A stretch of DNA of 64,000 nt. It comes from an uncultured delta proteobacterium. GTDB lineage: Bacteria > Myxococcota_A > Polyangia > Polyangiales > Polyangiaceae. The stretch is taken from assembly GCA_963716725.1 (NCBI GenBank), contig CAVQUB010000012.1, positions 128,001-192,000 of the forward strand. The letters are read 5' to 3'. Both the position numbers and the translations under genes were made by a program. The notes under the pieces were generated by a model that did not search any database, was not told the DNA's origin, and saw only the letters and a program-made list of their open reading frames with translations. Below are positions 9,205 to 19,527 of the stretch, one piece after another. Every line of letters begins with the position of its first letter. Position 1 is the stretch's first letter.

Positions 9205-11568
9205 CTACTGCTTGCCCGTCGCGTGGGCGCGACGCGCGCGGAATTGCAGGTACGTCGAGTACGCGTCCATGTTTCCGGTCGTCTGCGAGGCCGGGACCTT
9301 GTTGAGTGCGCCTTGAACGGAGAGGGGCGTGAGCGACCCGCCCGACTTCGGCACGTCGGGCTGGGTGGGCGTGATGGCGGTGATGGCGCACGTGGCCACC
9401 AGGAAGTTGACCTTGCAGCCACCGACCAGCGCGTCGAGGAGCGAGTTGCAGTTGGCGCTGACCGGTTGGTTCGCGCCGCAGTAGGTGTAGGCCTTCGAGC
9501 CGGTGCAGTTTCGGCACTGGCCGGCGCCCGAGGTGAGCGACGAGGGGATCGGGATCTTCGACAGCGACTCGACCGTGACGGCGCCGCACAGACCTTGGTT
9601 GCTCTGGTTGCCAATCACCTCCGGGAACACCACCAAGCCGCTGGCGAGCGCGGCTGGCGGAGGCGCCGGGACGGTGTCGGTTCCCGAGGTGTTGCCGCGG
9701 ATCTTGGCGTCACGCATCTGAAGCAAGGCCGGGCTGCCGGCCAGGAGCAACGTCAGGTTGACCTGATTTGGGCCCGCGGTGATCAGCGTCGATACCATGG
9801 AGCCGTTGGTCAGCCGGTCCTTCGGCAGGTTGTTTGCGTCGACCTGGGCGGCGTCCAGCTTGAACCACCAATCCAGCGAGGCGGCGCCGTTGCCGGGCCA
9901 GGTTCCCTTGGCCGGGTCGAGGTAGCCCGAGACGATCCCGAGCTCCAGCGCTGGATCGTTGTCTCCTTTGAGATCGTCGAGGCCGATCGACTGCACCAAG
10001 ACGTTGGTTCCACCGTCGTCGATGCCACCTTGCAGATCGGTGTTGATCTGAGTGACCGCCGTGCTCGACAGCGCCTGGCCCAACCGGTTCAGGGTGTAGG
10101 CGCAGAAGGTCGGGGCGGTGCCCTTGATGATGTCGGCGTCGTACAACCGGCTGAAGACCTCGTACTTACAGGCCGAGTCGCAGCCGTCGAGGTTCGACTT
10201 GTTGCCGTCGTCGCAGTGCTCGCCGCTGTCGATCACCGAGTCTCCGCAGAGCGGGGCCTTGACGCACTTGCCGGCCGTGCAGGTCGCGCCGCCGCTGCAG
10301 ACTGTCCCACACACTCCGCAGTTGCTGTTGTCGGTCTGGGCGTTCACGCAGGCGTTGCTGCACAGGGTCTGCCCCGAGCCGCACGCACAAGCGCCCGTCT
10401 GACAGGTGGAGCCCGAAGGGCAGATCTTGCCGCAGGTTCCGCAGTTGTTGTTGTCGGTCTGGGCATTCACGCAGGTGTTGCCACACGCAATCTGACCCGA
10501 CGCGCAGCTGCAGGTGCCGGCGCTGCAGGTCTTGCCGCCGCTGCACACGGTGCCGCAAGCACCACAGTTGCCGTTGTTGGTCTGCGTGTTCACGCAGGCT
10601 CCGCTGCACAACGTGCCGCTGTTCGGACAGCTGCACTTGGCGGCGGCGCAGCTCTGCCCGGCGGCGCAGGCAGTCCCGCAGGCTCCGCAGTTGGTCACGT
10701 CGGACTGCAAGTTGACGCACGAGCTCCCGCATTTGGTGGTGCCACCCGTACAGTTTGCCGTGCACAGCCCCGCAGAGCAGACCTGCCCTGAGTTGCACTT
10801 GGTGCCGCACGCCCCGCAGTTGACCGGATCGGTCTGAGTATTGGCGCATTGGCCGCTGCAGGTGGTCTGGCCCGTGGGGCAGCCGCACTTGCCCGCGGCG
10901 CACGCCTGGCCGCCGGTGCAAGCGTTCCCGCACGCCCCGCAGTGGGCCTGGTCCGTCTGCGTGTTCACGCAAGCACTGCCGCAGAGCGCCTGTCCGGAGG
11001 AACACTCGCACTTGCCCGACGCGCACGAGCTGCCGCCGGCACAAGCGGTGGCGCATGCGCCACAGTGCGCGTTGTTGACCTGCGTGTCGACGCAAGCGCC
11101 GCCGCAGGCCGTCTGACCGCCCGTGCAATTGTCCGCGCACTTTCCGGCCGAGCACACCTGCGCCGCGGTGCAGGCGGTGCCGCACGCCCCGCAGTGAGCT
11201 GCGCTCGCCTGGGTGTCGACGCACTGCCCCTCACACAAAGCTTGTCCCGTTGCGCAGGCGCAGGCCCCGTCTTCACAGGAGCTGCCGCCGGAGCAGGCAT
11301 TGCCGCAACTTCCGCAGTTGGAGTTGTTGTTCTGAGCGTCCACGCAGGCGCCGTCACACTCGATTTCGGTTCCGGTGCAGGGTCCGGCGTCGCTCGCGCC
11401 TGATCCACCGGTGCTGCCGCCCGTGGAGCCACCAGCGCCATCGTTGCCCGCGTCCTTCGCTCCGCCGCTACCACCACCGGGGTCGTCGTCGCCACCGCAA
11501 GCGTTCGCGACAGCAAGCACCAGGACCACGCCGCCGAGCAGTCCGAATATGTTCGTGAACCGCGTCAT
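9205..11568 (-). CDS. Large Cys-rich repeat lipoprotein (Stig1/MXAN_6577-like repeats plus myxobacterial Cys-rich repeat)
   Basis: ATG 11568 with TGGAGG RBS; many CV.xQTD.xNCGACG..C repeats; CGD..ID.GEHCDDGN...DGC motif. Confidence 0.85.
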   Translation of the reverse strand: MTRFTNIFGLLGGVVLVLAVANACGGDDDPGGGSGGAKDAGNDGAGGSTGGSTGGSGASDAGPCTGTEIECDGACVDAQNNNSNCGSCGNACSGGSSCEDGACACATGQALCEGQCVDTQASAAHCGACGTACTAAQVCSAGKCADNCTGGQTACGGACVDTQVNNAHCGACATACAGGSSCASGKCECSSGQALCGSACVNTQTDQAHCGACGNACTGGQACAAGKCGCPTGQTTCSGQCANTQTDPVNCGACGTKCNSGQVCSAGLCTANCTGGTTKCGSSCVNLQSDVTNCGACGTACAAGQSCAAAKCSCPNSGTLCSGACVNTQTNNGNCGACGTVCSGGKTCSAGTCSCASGQIACGNTCVNAQTDNNNCGTCGKICPSGSTCQTGACACGSGQTLCSNACVNAQTDNSNCGVCGTVCSGGATCTAGKCVKAPLCGDSVIDSGEHCDDGNKSNLDGCDSACKYEVFSRLYDADIIKGTAPTFCAYTLNRLGQALSSTAVTQINTDLQGGIDDGGTNVLVQSIGLDDLKGDNDPALELGIVSGYLDPAKGTWPGNGAASLDWWFKLDAAQVDANNLPKDRLTNGSMVSTLITAGPNQVNLTLLLAGSPALLQMRDAKIRGNTSGTDTVPAPPPAALASGLVVFPEVIGNQSNQGLCGAVTVESLSKIPIPSSLTSGAGQCRNCTGSKAYTYCGANQPVSANCNSLLDALVGGCKVNFLVATCAITAITPTQPDVPKSGGSLTPLSVQGALNKVPASQTTGNMDAYSTYLQFRARRAHATGKQ

Positions 11569-11729
11569 GATGGACCTCCAGAGTTCCGCAGACGACGACG
11601 ATACCATCCCGCAGGCCGGAGCCCCGTGTGAGGAACAGACGTACAGGCTCGTGCGGGAACGCCGAGTGGTTCGCCGCGCCCGACGGCAACTTCCGCCGGG
11701 CTGAGACGTACGAAGGGCGGACAATCGAA

Positions 11730-12671
11730 ATGATGAGTCGAATCTTGCTTCTGTCGATTCTGTTGGTGCTCCCGGCGTGCACCAAGCCGGGGCCGAGCGA
11801 GTCGTCACCGAGCGCCCCCGCGGCCAGCCTGCGACCTGCTCCCACAGCGCCGGTGGCAGCCCAGACCGGAGAGTGCCCACTGGCCGTCGTGCCGGGTACC
11901 GCCCTGGGTCCAATACGGATCGGCGAGACGCCGGCCGAACTCGCGCAGCACGGCCTGCCCGTGAAGCCGAAGTCCAAGCACGAGACCACGGAATTCTTCG
12001 AGGTCGGCCCCTACCACGCCAAACTTTGTGGCGGAAAAGTCGTGGACGTTTGGATCGACGACCTGCGGACCGCGCCGGACTGCATCACCATCGCGGGCAA
12101 GAAGCTCGAGCGCAACATCGCTCGGGAGCAACTCGTCGCGATGTTCGCGGACTGCAAGCAAGCACCGCCGCGAACCGGTGGGCAGTTCGAGGAGTGTGAG
12201 CAGGGCGGCGTGCGCATAGGCTGGGGCATGGGCGACTTCATCCAGCTCCGGGTCGCCAAGAAGGGCACCCGTCTCGACGACAGCTGCGAAATGCTCCTCG
12301 ACGACGGCACGCAGGTCCCACTCGGAGCCGGCGAGAAGGCCAAGCTGCTCCAGAAGGTGATTGACCTGGATCTGCTCGCGCCCTTCTGGCATCGAGACGA
12401 GCCCGGGCGCGACCCGCTGAAGCTCATCGAGAATGACCTCGTGGCTGACAAGCCCGAGCTCACGATATTTGGATTGAAGGTGGTCTACCTGAGGCGACAA
12501 GACGCGGAGCAGAAGCGGCTGCCGTTCTTCGAGTTCACGAAGGTCTCGTCCACCGCGACCAAGGCCCGCATCGAGTTCCGCTTCCCCGTGGAGGGAGTGG
12601 TGGGACATGTGGAGTTCGAGAAACGCGGCGATGACTGGCAGCTGAGTGCGAAGCAGGTCGCGGAGCGCTGA
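11730..12671 (+). CDS. Hypothetical lipoprotein
   Basis: MMSRILLLSILLVLPAC lipobox; stop overlaps next start (TGATG). Confidence 0.7.
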   Translation: MMSRILLLSILLVLPACTKPGPSESSPSAPAASLRPAPTAPVAAQTGECPLAVVPGTALGPIRIGETPAELAQHGLPVKPKSKHETTEFFEVGPYHAKLCGGKVVDVWIDDLRTAPDCITIAGKKLERNIAREQLVAMFADCKQAPPRTGGQFEECEQGGVRIGWGMGDFIQLRVAKKGTRLDDSCEMLLDDGTQVPLGAGEKAKLLQKVIDLDLLAPFWHRDEPGRDPLKLIENDLVADKPELTIFGLKVVYLRRQDAEQKRLPFFEFTKVSSTATKARIEFRFPVEGVVGHVEFEKRGDDWQLSAKQVAER

Positions 12672-14272
12672 TGCGACCAATTGCTGCCACAATCTTGCTC
12701 ATCGGGTGCGGGTCGCCCGCAGAACCCAAGGCGCCGCCCGCCCTCGTCGTCGATGCGAGCACGCCAGAAGCGCCCGTCGTCATGGCGAGCAGTTGTGAGA
12801 TGGCGTTCGTTCTCCCGGAGCTGCCGCCGGTGGCGCCCCAGAGCCAGTGTGTGCCGCGGGCGAAGCTCCTGGCCATGCCGGCCGGCGCGCTGACCGCCGA
12901 ACTCGCGGATCTCAGCGCTGCTTCGGCGGATTCCTTCAAACGCAAACGAGACAAGCTCGTCAACCGGGGCAAACCAGCGCTCAAGCGCCTACGCGAGCTG
13001 AGCACCGGCGCGCCGACGGCTTCGGAGCGGGCCCTCGCCGCGGCGCTCGTCACCCGCATCGAGAAGCCCGCTGAGGCCAAACGCCTCGACGACTGGGCGC
13101 CGTCGAACCACGCGCTGATGCTCAGGAACCCCGCGTTCAAGGTGGCCGCCGAGCTGGCGGCCGCCTACGCGTCGTTCCCCGAGCTCGCCTTCGAGGCGCT
13201 GACGCGCGCCCGCGGCGGCGCGGAAGTCAGCCCGCCGCACACCAGCTTCGCCCCGGCGTCTCGCTCCCCGCTCTTCGACGTGGTTCTGCGTGGCCCCGAG
13301 GGCTACGATCGCCTCGCTGATCTAGTCGCGGCGTTTCCCCAAGCGTTCACGCTCTTGGTGAAAGGCGACGCGAAGCGGGGGACCTGCGCCGCGCTCGACT
13401 GGCTCGCTGGCAAGCTGCCCGATGAAACGGACGAGCGGGGTCGGGGCGTGCTCACCGCGCTCGATAGCGACGACCCGCTGGCGTTGTACTTGTTGCGCCG
13501 GGCCTTGCGCGATTGGTCGCCCCGGAACAAAGAAGGCGCCGCGGCCGCCCTGGCGCGGCGCAAAGACCAGAGCGCGGTGGCGGATTTGCTCGCGACCGTA
13601 GGCGACCATGCTGTCGGCCAGAACGTCCGGGTACACCTCTCGGCGATCCTGGGCGCCGAAGAGACCGAGAAGCGACTGGCGCTCTTGGCCCGAGATTGTC
13701 GGAGTGAGCGCCGGGTCGGTGCCGCCCGCGCGCTGCGCTGGAGCGCCGCCGTGACGGGATCCGAAACCTTGGCGATCCTTGCCGGTGATGCCGACACCTC
13801 GGTGCGCGCCGCGGCGCTCGAGTCATTGGCGTGGCTTTCGCTGACGCATCGAGATGCGCGGGTTCCGTTCAGTGATGCGGTGGAACGCAGCGTGATCGCG
13901 GCGACCGGCGATGCAGACGTGAACGTGCGCCGACTGGCGCTGGGGGCCCTCTGGCGCTTGGTTGTCGAGAAACGTCGGCCGGCGAACGACGCGATGCGAT
14001 CGGTGTGGGCGAGGGCGCTCTCGGATCCCGACCGGCGAGCGCGGAACATCTCACTGGTAGAGCTCGACGACTTCTTTCCAGGCGACTCCGATCTGATTCT
14101 GGTTCTGCTCGGAGATCTCGGTCGCGTCCCCGACGAGTGGCCCCACAAGGAGGCGCTGGAGGTGGCTCGGCGCATTTACCGCGTGCCGTCTCGGGCCCGC
14201 GTGTCCGAGTTCGCACGAGGCCCCGTGCCCGAGTTGCGAGCCATCGCCGAGGCGTGGCTCGCCAGGAAGTGA
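12671..14272 (+). CDS. HEAT-repeat lipoprotein
   Basis: LIGC lipobox; D.D.SVRAAALESL and D.DVNVRRLALGAL repeats. Confidence 0.7.
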   Translation: MRPIAATILLIGCGSPAEPKAPPALVVDASTPEAPVVMASSCEMAFVLPELPPVAPQSQCVPRAKLLAMPAGALTAELADLSAASADSFKRKRDKLVNRGKPALKRLRELSTGAPTASERALAAALVTRIEKPAEAKRLDDWAPSNHALMLRNPAFKVAAELAAAYASFPELAFEALTRARGGAEVSPPHTSFAPASRSPLFDVVLRGPEGYDRLADLVAAFPQAFTLLVKGDAKRGTCAALDWLAGKLPDETDERGRGVLTALDSDDPLALYLLRRALRDWSPRNKEGAAAALARRKDQSAVADLLATVGDHAVGQNVRVHLSAILGAEETEKRLALLARDCRSERRVGAARALRWSAAVTGSETLAILAGDADTSVRAAALESLAWLSLTHRDARVPFSDAVERSVIAATGDADVNVRRLALGALWRLVVEKRRPANDAMRSVWARALSDPDRRARNISLVELDDFFPGDSDLILVLLGDLGRVPDEWPHKEALEVARRIYRVPSRARVSEFARGPVPELRAIAEAWLARK

Positions 14273-14293
14273 CGTGTTACTCTCGCTCGTGGG

Positions 14294-14692
14294 ATGAGGG
14301 ACGACGACGCCAGGCAGGCCATTCTCTCGCGACGTGCCCGCTTCATCGCGGCGACGCTTGCCAGCGCGGGGCTCCTGGTATCGACCGCGGATTGCGGAGG
14401 GCAGTCCACCAGCGATGACAAACAAGCGACGGGCGGCAGCGGAGGGATCCCGCAGCCCTGTCTCAGCGGTGGCGCGCAGCCTTGCCTCGGTGCGCCGTCG
14501 GGCGGCGGCAGCGGCGGGACTGGCGGCAGCCCGTACCCCTGTTTGTCGGGCGCCGGCGGCTGGCTCGGTCCGGACGCCGACGTTCCGGACGTGAGCGAGG
14601 TCGACGCGCCGGATGACTCGACCGCCGCCGACGCCGACGACGTTGACGTCGACGACGTTGACGCCGACGGCGCTGCAGGCGGCTCGGGCTGA
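14294..14692 (+). CDS. Small exported protein with repeated PCL motifs and acidic tail
   Basis: SRRARFIAATLA leader; PQPCLS, AQPCLG, PYPCLS. Confidence 0.65.
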   Translation: MRDDDARQAILSRRARFIAATLASAGLLVSTADCGGQSTSDDKQATGGSGGIPQPCLSGGAQPCLGAPSGGGSGGTGGSPYPCLSGAGGWLGPDADVPDVSEVDAPDDSTAADADDVDVDDVDADGAAGGSG

Positions 14693-14722
14693 CCGCGCGC
14701 CGGGCGCGGCCGCCGCCGACCC

Positions 14723-16822
14723 TCAGCGCAGTCCTTCGCCGCCCACGTACTCGTCTTCCCAGTCTTCGCCGTCGAAGGGCCAATACTCTTCGTCAGCCTT
14801 GAGCCAGCGCTCGGCCTTCAGGGAGTCCGCGATCGTCTGGGGCAGGAGTCCCTGGGAGAGCGCCTCGATTTCGACCTCGAGCGAGCGTTTTTCGCCGAGC
14901 ACGGTCTCGACTCGGCCCAGCCGCGCGCGGCGCAGCAGACGCGAGAGGCGACGGTCGAGGCGAATGAGGGCGTCCTTCGCCAACGCGATCTGCTGACCCT
15001 CGACCTTGTCTCGGGTCTTCGAGGCGTCCTGGTGGAGCGCCGCCGCTCGCTCGCGATCCTTCTGGATCACGCCCATCAGATCCACGTCCGTGGTGGCCTT
15101 CATGGCGGCTGCTGCGGCGGGCGTCACCGCCGTGCGCCCTGCGCGCGCGCGAATCTCGAGCGCTTCGAGCTGCTTCTTCAGATCGTCGATCTGAGCCTTC
15201 TTGGCGCTGCTCGTGCGCTCGGCGTCACGCATCAGCCGGCGCACCTCGGCGATCTGAGCTTCGATGCGCTCGATCTTGTCGGGGATGGTGTCCCCGATGG
15301 GGCCGGCGGCCTGGGGGCGGACCTCCTTGGGGGTGGCGAGCTTGCGCGCCGCTTCGTCGAGGTCGCTCAGCGCACCGCGGAGTCCCGAGAGCTGAACGTC
15401 CAGCTGGCCCAGCCGGCGCGCCGCCGTGCCGTACCCCGAGTCGACCCGCATCAGCGCGCCGAGGGTCCGCGCGACCTTCGAGTCGACACCGAGGTTCGCT
15501 GCCGCGGGGTCCGAGCCCTCCCGCACGGTCTCGACCAGGCGTTTGACCGCGGTGTCGTCCTTCGAGATGCGACGTGCCGCGTCGCGCACGGGATCGTAGC
15601 GCTTGAGGAACTCGCGCAGCTTGGCGTCGGCCCGGAAGAACTTGCAAGTGGCGAGGTCGATGTAGGCGTCGAGGATCCAGGCTTCGTCCTCGTAGGGGTG
15701 GTTGACCTTCATCACCCGGAGCTCGTTCATGAGCTCGCGCGCGCCGTCGTAGTCCTTGGCCTCGTAGCGGGTGGTGGAGGCCTCGTACAGCGATTCGGGC
15801 AGCCGATCGGAGTCTCGCGGCACCAGGTAGTAGTAGTAGCGGGCGTCGTCGAACCGGTATTGCTCGTGCGCAACGCGACCCAGACCGAGCCGCGCGAGAT
15901 CGCGAACACGGAAGAAGTCGCTGCCGCCGAAGAGCGGAGCCTTCCTCGGGGTCAGCTTGGGATCCGCGACCTTGCAGAACAGGTTCTCGCCCTTCTTCAA
16001 CTGTCCGCGCTCGACCTCGATCAGTCCGGACAAGTAGGTCGCCTGGGCCCAGAAGCGCGACTTGGGTGAGACGGCGGCGTAGGCCACGAGGGCGTTCGCG
16101 CGGTCCTTCTTCCGCTCGAGCGAGCGCCCTTTCAGGTAGGCGATGTCTCCGCGCAGCTCTTCGGGCGCGCTGGTGGGGACCTTCTTCAGGTCGTCGAGGA
16201 AGACCTCGAGTTGCTCGCTCTCGAGCGCGAGCTCGACCAGCGTGCGAGCGGCGCGCCGATAGTTGGTGTCTTTGGGATCGCCGCTCAGGACCCGAAGCAG
16301 GTAGCCGCGCGCAGGCTCGTACGCGCCCGCGCGTCCCAGGGCGTCCCCCAGCAGAAAGAGCATGGAGCGACCCTCGGGCCCGTTGGCGAAGGGCTCGAAG
16401 CGCGGCTGCTCCACGAAGTACACGAGATCGCCGATGGCCTCGTCGCGCCGACCGTTGGCGATCTTCTCCTCAATCGGAGCGAGCTCGTCGCGCAGGCGTT
16501 GTGCGCTCAGCGGCGCCGTCGCCGACAGCTTTCGCTTCTCGAGGGCCTTCTGGTAGGCCTTGATGCCATCGGATCGCGTGTCGGGCTTGCCGGCGCTGGG
16601 CGCCGTCGCGACGGTCGCCGCTGCGGCGTCGCCCTCGGTCTGCTTGCTGTCATCGGGCGCGTCTGCCCCGTTCGGCTTCTCCGCCGCAGGCTTCTTGTCG
16701 TCGGCGGAGGGAGCCGCCTCGGCGGGCGGAATACCTGGCTTTTCCTTGGGCTGAGCCGTCGCCGGCGTGGTCAAGGCCGAGCATGCGGCGAGGCACGACA
16801 CGAGCAGCGCGAGCCGTCTCAT
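14723..16822 (-). CDS. Secreted TPR protein, GltC-like
   Basis: ATG 16822 with signal peptide; ARLGLGRVAHE...YY.LVPRDS TPR segments; C-terminal EEYWPFDGEDWEDE typical of this myxobacterial family. Confidence 0.7.
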   Translation of the reverse strand: MRRLALLVSCLAACSALTTPATAQPKEKPGIPPAEAAPSADDKKPAAEKPNGADAPDDSKQTEGDAAAATVATAPSAGKPDTRSDGIKAYQKALEKRKLSATAPLSAQRLRDELAPIEEKIANGRRDEAIGDLVYFVEQPRFEPFANGPEGRSMLFLLGDALGRAGAYEPARGYLLRVLSGDPKDTNYRRAARTLVELALESEQLEVFLDDLKKVPTSAPEELRGDIAYLKGRSLERKKDRANALVAYAAVSPKSRFWAQATYLSGLIEVERGQLKKGENLFCKVADPKLTPRKAPLFGGSDFFRVRDLARLGLGRVAHEQYRFDDARYYYYLVPRDSDRLPESLYEASTTRYEAKDYDGARELMNELRVMKVNHPYEDEAWILDAYIDLATCKFFRADAKLREFLKRYDPVRDAARRISKDDTAVKRLVETVREGSDPAAANLGVDSKVARTLGALMRVDSGYGTAARRLGQLDVQLSGLRGALSDLDEAARKLATPKEVRPQAAGPIGDTIPDKIERIEAQIAEVRRLMRDAERTSSAKKAQIDDLKKQLEALEIRARAGRTAVTPAAAAAMKATTDVDLMGVIQKDRERAAALHQDASKTRDKVEGQQIALAKDALIRLDRRLSRLLRRARLGRVETVLGEKRSLEVEIEALSQGLLPQTIADSLKAERWLKADEEYWPFDGEDWEDEYVGGEGLR

Positions 16823-17605
16823 CAGTCCGCCACCTGAGCTCGGAGCTTCACATTGAGCTCGTACTCGCCGTCCTGATCGTCGGGGAAGTCGACGGCCATG
16901 TCGGAGTCGTCTTCGAGCTCGACGCGAGCTTCGACGACCTTGCTCTCGGGGACCACGATGCTCATCTTCGTGTTCTGCCAGGTTTTGTACTCGCGGCCGC
17001 GGGAGTCCACGCGTTCGATTCTCGACTCCCAAGATGTGATGTCCGGGGGCAACGGCGTGTTCGTATACGGGCTTCTCGTCGTTCGCGCTGAATCGATCGC
17101 CTGCGACGTAGACGACGCCGTCGTCGAGGGTCACGACGAACTTGGTGATGCGGGCGTTGTCGCCGTCCGTCTCGACGAAGACCTTGAGCTTGCTCTTGAA
17201 CATCGTGGTGGTCAGTGACGCCACGCGGGCGCGGAGCGCCGCGATGTCGCCGAGCAGGCGGTCGTATTCGGCGGGGGCGGGGGCTGCGCCGCCGTCCGGA
17301 AACTCGTTGGCGCGCGGGGTGAGCGGCGACGGCTTCGTCTTGTCGGCGGGTCCGTCGGCCTGCTTCGGAGGAGGGTCACCGAGATCGGCAGCGGCGGCGC
17401 CGGGGGGCACGCCAGCGCCATCTGGCTTGTCGTCTTTGGCCTTGTCGTCTTTGGCCTTGTCGTCTTTGGCCTTGTCGTCTTTGTCAGCCGCCTTTTTGTC
17501 GGCGTCCTTGGTCGGGCCTGCGCCCTTCTTGGGCTGCGCGAAGGCGACCAGCGCGGACAGAACGATGAGCAGGACGACCCAGAGGTGACGGGGCTTCGGG
17601 CGCAT
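16822..17605 (-). CDS. Secreted hypothetical protein with a +1 frameshift at ~17019 (about 260 aa when repaired)
   Basis: N-part ends GHHILGVE; continuation IERVDSRG...KLRAQVAD* is in another frame; stop overlaps next ATG (TGATG). Confidence 0.7.
17426..17483. repeat. 15-bp tandem repeat (~4 copies) encoding KDDKA
   Basis: cttgtcgtctttggc repeated. Confidence 0.9.
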
Positions 17606-17824
17606 GGTTGGGCCCGGAGGTTATCACGGCCACTCCGGCGGGTGGGCCGCGGGAAATGCCTCCGAAACACGCGGATTCGGCCCCTGGCCCGCGGTTACGC
17701 GGCGCGAGCCCCGGCGGCGGGCCCGCGTGTGCCTGGCCGGCGCATTCGGCAGCTGGGCCGCAGTTGGTTGTTCGAGGTTGCGCGTCTGTTATGCTGGTCG
17801 TTCGGCGCCAGCGGAGGTCGGATT

Positions 17825-18805
17825 GTGCGCGAAACATACATCGGGGTGATCGGAGCACTGGCGCTGGTCGCTTGCGGCCAGGACGACCCCGGCAAGAACG
17901 GGCCGCCGGCAGACGTCACCCTCCCGGATCCTGGACCGAGTGGCTGGCAGTGGGAGACGGGGGCATTCGGCGTCGCGCCGGGGGAGGAGCTGCAGGACTG
18001 CTACTTCTTCCAGGTCCCCGGCGACCAGCCGGTGATGGTCAACCGGATCACCCTGGGCCAAAACCAGGGCACCCACCACATGAACGTCTTCAGGGTCAAG
18101 ACGATCCAGAAGCTTTCGGGCAAGCACGGCGACGTGGTCAAGGGCGGCGAGTGCTGGAACAGCGGCAACTGGGCGGATTGGCCGCTGGTCACCAACAGCC
18201 AGTCCGACGGCAACGTCGAGGACTGGTATCTGCCGGAGCGGGTCGCGCTGAAGTTCGAGCCGGGGGAAGTGCTGATGTTGCAGACCCACTATGTGAACGC
18301 GACCACCCAGAAGACCCCGACCCGCGGCAAGGTGGTCGTCAACTTCTATGGGGCCGAGCCGTCCCAGGTCGACCACGAGATGGGCACGCTGTTCGCGACC
18401 AATCAGAACATCCGAATTTGCCCGGGCGACAAAAAGAAGACCTTCGAGGCGACCTGCAAGATCGCCCAAGCGGGACCGGTGACTGTTTCCGCCGCAAATG
18501 GCCATTTTCACAGCCGAGGCGACCGCTTTGCGATGAACCGTTGGGACTCGATCAACGGCAAGGGGGAGCAGTTCTACGAGAGTTTGGCCTGGGATGAGCC
18601 GGTGTTCACCAAAGATCTGAACGTGCCGATCGCGCAAGATGGTGGCATCTCATGGACGTGCGAGTTCTCGGCTTTGGCCAGCGAGTGCGGCGATCCGAAC
18701 GACGACTGCTGCTTCACCTTCGGCGGCTTCGTCGAGTATCAGGAGCACTGCAACGCGTTCGCGTACTACTGGCCCAAGGGCGCAACCGACAAGAACTGCT
18801 TCTGA
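17825..18805 (+). CDS. Copper type II ascorbate-dependent monooxygenase-like lipoprotein
   Basis: GTG after GGAGG; lipobox LVAC; GTHHMN, LQTHYVN, GHFH, EHC motifs. Confidence 0.75.
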   Translation: MRETYIGVIGALALVACGQDDPGKNGPPADVTLPDPGPSGWQWETGAFGVAPGEELQDCYFFQVPGDQPVMVNRITLGQNQGTHHMNVFRVKTIQKLSGKHGDVVKGGECWNSGNWADWPLVTNSQSDGNVEDWYLPERVALKFEPGEVLMLQTHYVNATTQKTPTRGKVVVNFYGAEPSQVDHEMGTLFATNQNIRICPGDKKKTFEATCKIAQAGPVTVSAANGHFHSRGDRFAMNRWDSINGKGEQFYESLAWDEPVFTKDLNVPIAQDGGISWTCEFSALASECGDPNDDCCFTFGGFVEYQEHCNAFAYYWPKGATDKNCF

Positions 18806-19398
18806 TCGCCCTCGGCGTCGTGGTGGCGAGCGTCACTGGTTGCGACTCCCCGACCGAGCCCCGGGGGACCGGCGGCGCTGCCGGTAATCCGCTGACGGTG
18901 CAGGCGGCGCTCTACACGGCCGAGGGCGATGGCTACGAACCCATCGCGCCGGGTGGAGCGCTCGAGCTCTGGGCCGCACCCCAGGGCGGACGCTGGGCGC
19001 GGATCGGCGCGCGCGTCGGCGGCCTCGACTCGGACACCGCGGAGCTCGTGGCACGGTTGATCGAGCCGGTGACGGGCGCGCTCGTCGCCGAAGCCAGTCG
19101 CACGGCGCCAATGATTGTCACTCCCGACGACCCCGACTTCAAGCACCCGGAACCCAGCGACATGAACCACGTCGTGCATCTGCCGCTGTGTCCCGACGGA
19201 AACGGGCGAGCCGTGCACGGAGTCGGCTACCTGCTGGAGCTGCAAGTGACCGAGCTCTACGGCGACTTCTCGACCGGGTCCGTCGCGTTGCCCGTCGTTC
19301 CCGGTTGCCAGGAGGTTCCGGGGCCCGCGCGGGACTACTGCGAGTGCGAGTGCGGACCGGACTACGTTTTGGGCAAGTGTGTCTGGCCCGAGGGCTAG
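18796..19398 (+). CDS. Hypothetical lipoprotein (start uncertain)
   Basis: Lipobox VTGC; overlaps monooxygenase stop; C-terminal YCECEC..DYVLG. Confidence 0.6.
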   Translation: MLLIALGVVVASVTGCDSPTEPRGTGGAAGNPLTVQAALYTAEGDGYEPIAPGGALELWAAPQGGRWARIGARVGGLDSDTAELVARLIEPVTGALVAEASRTAPMIVTPDDPDFKHPEPSDMNHVVHLPLCPDGNGRAVHGVGYLLELQVTELYGDFSTGSVALPVVPGCQEVPGPARDYCECECGPDYVLGKCVWPEG

Positions 19399-19499
19399 GG
19401 CGCCGCGCGCATGACAGGCCAACGGAGCCAGGCGACCGCTCTGTGTCAGCCTGTGCCAGCAGTCCTGGAGAAAACCCCGAGAAATCCGGCCGCACTCGC

Positions 19500-19515
19500 T
19501 GGCACCCTGCTTGCA
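19500..19515 (+). promoter_or_regulatory. Sigma54 -24/-12 promoter
   Basis: TGGCACCCTGCTTGCA matches TGGCAC-N5-TTGC just upstream of ATG 19528. Confidence 0.7.
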
Positions 19516-19527
19516 GTTGCTCACCCC

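Noticed and set aside
10270..11370. CRISPR-like or DNA-level repeat array
   Set aside because: Periodicity is explained by degenerate Cys-rich protein repeats.
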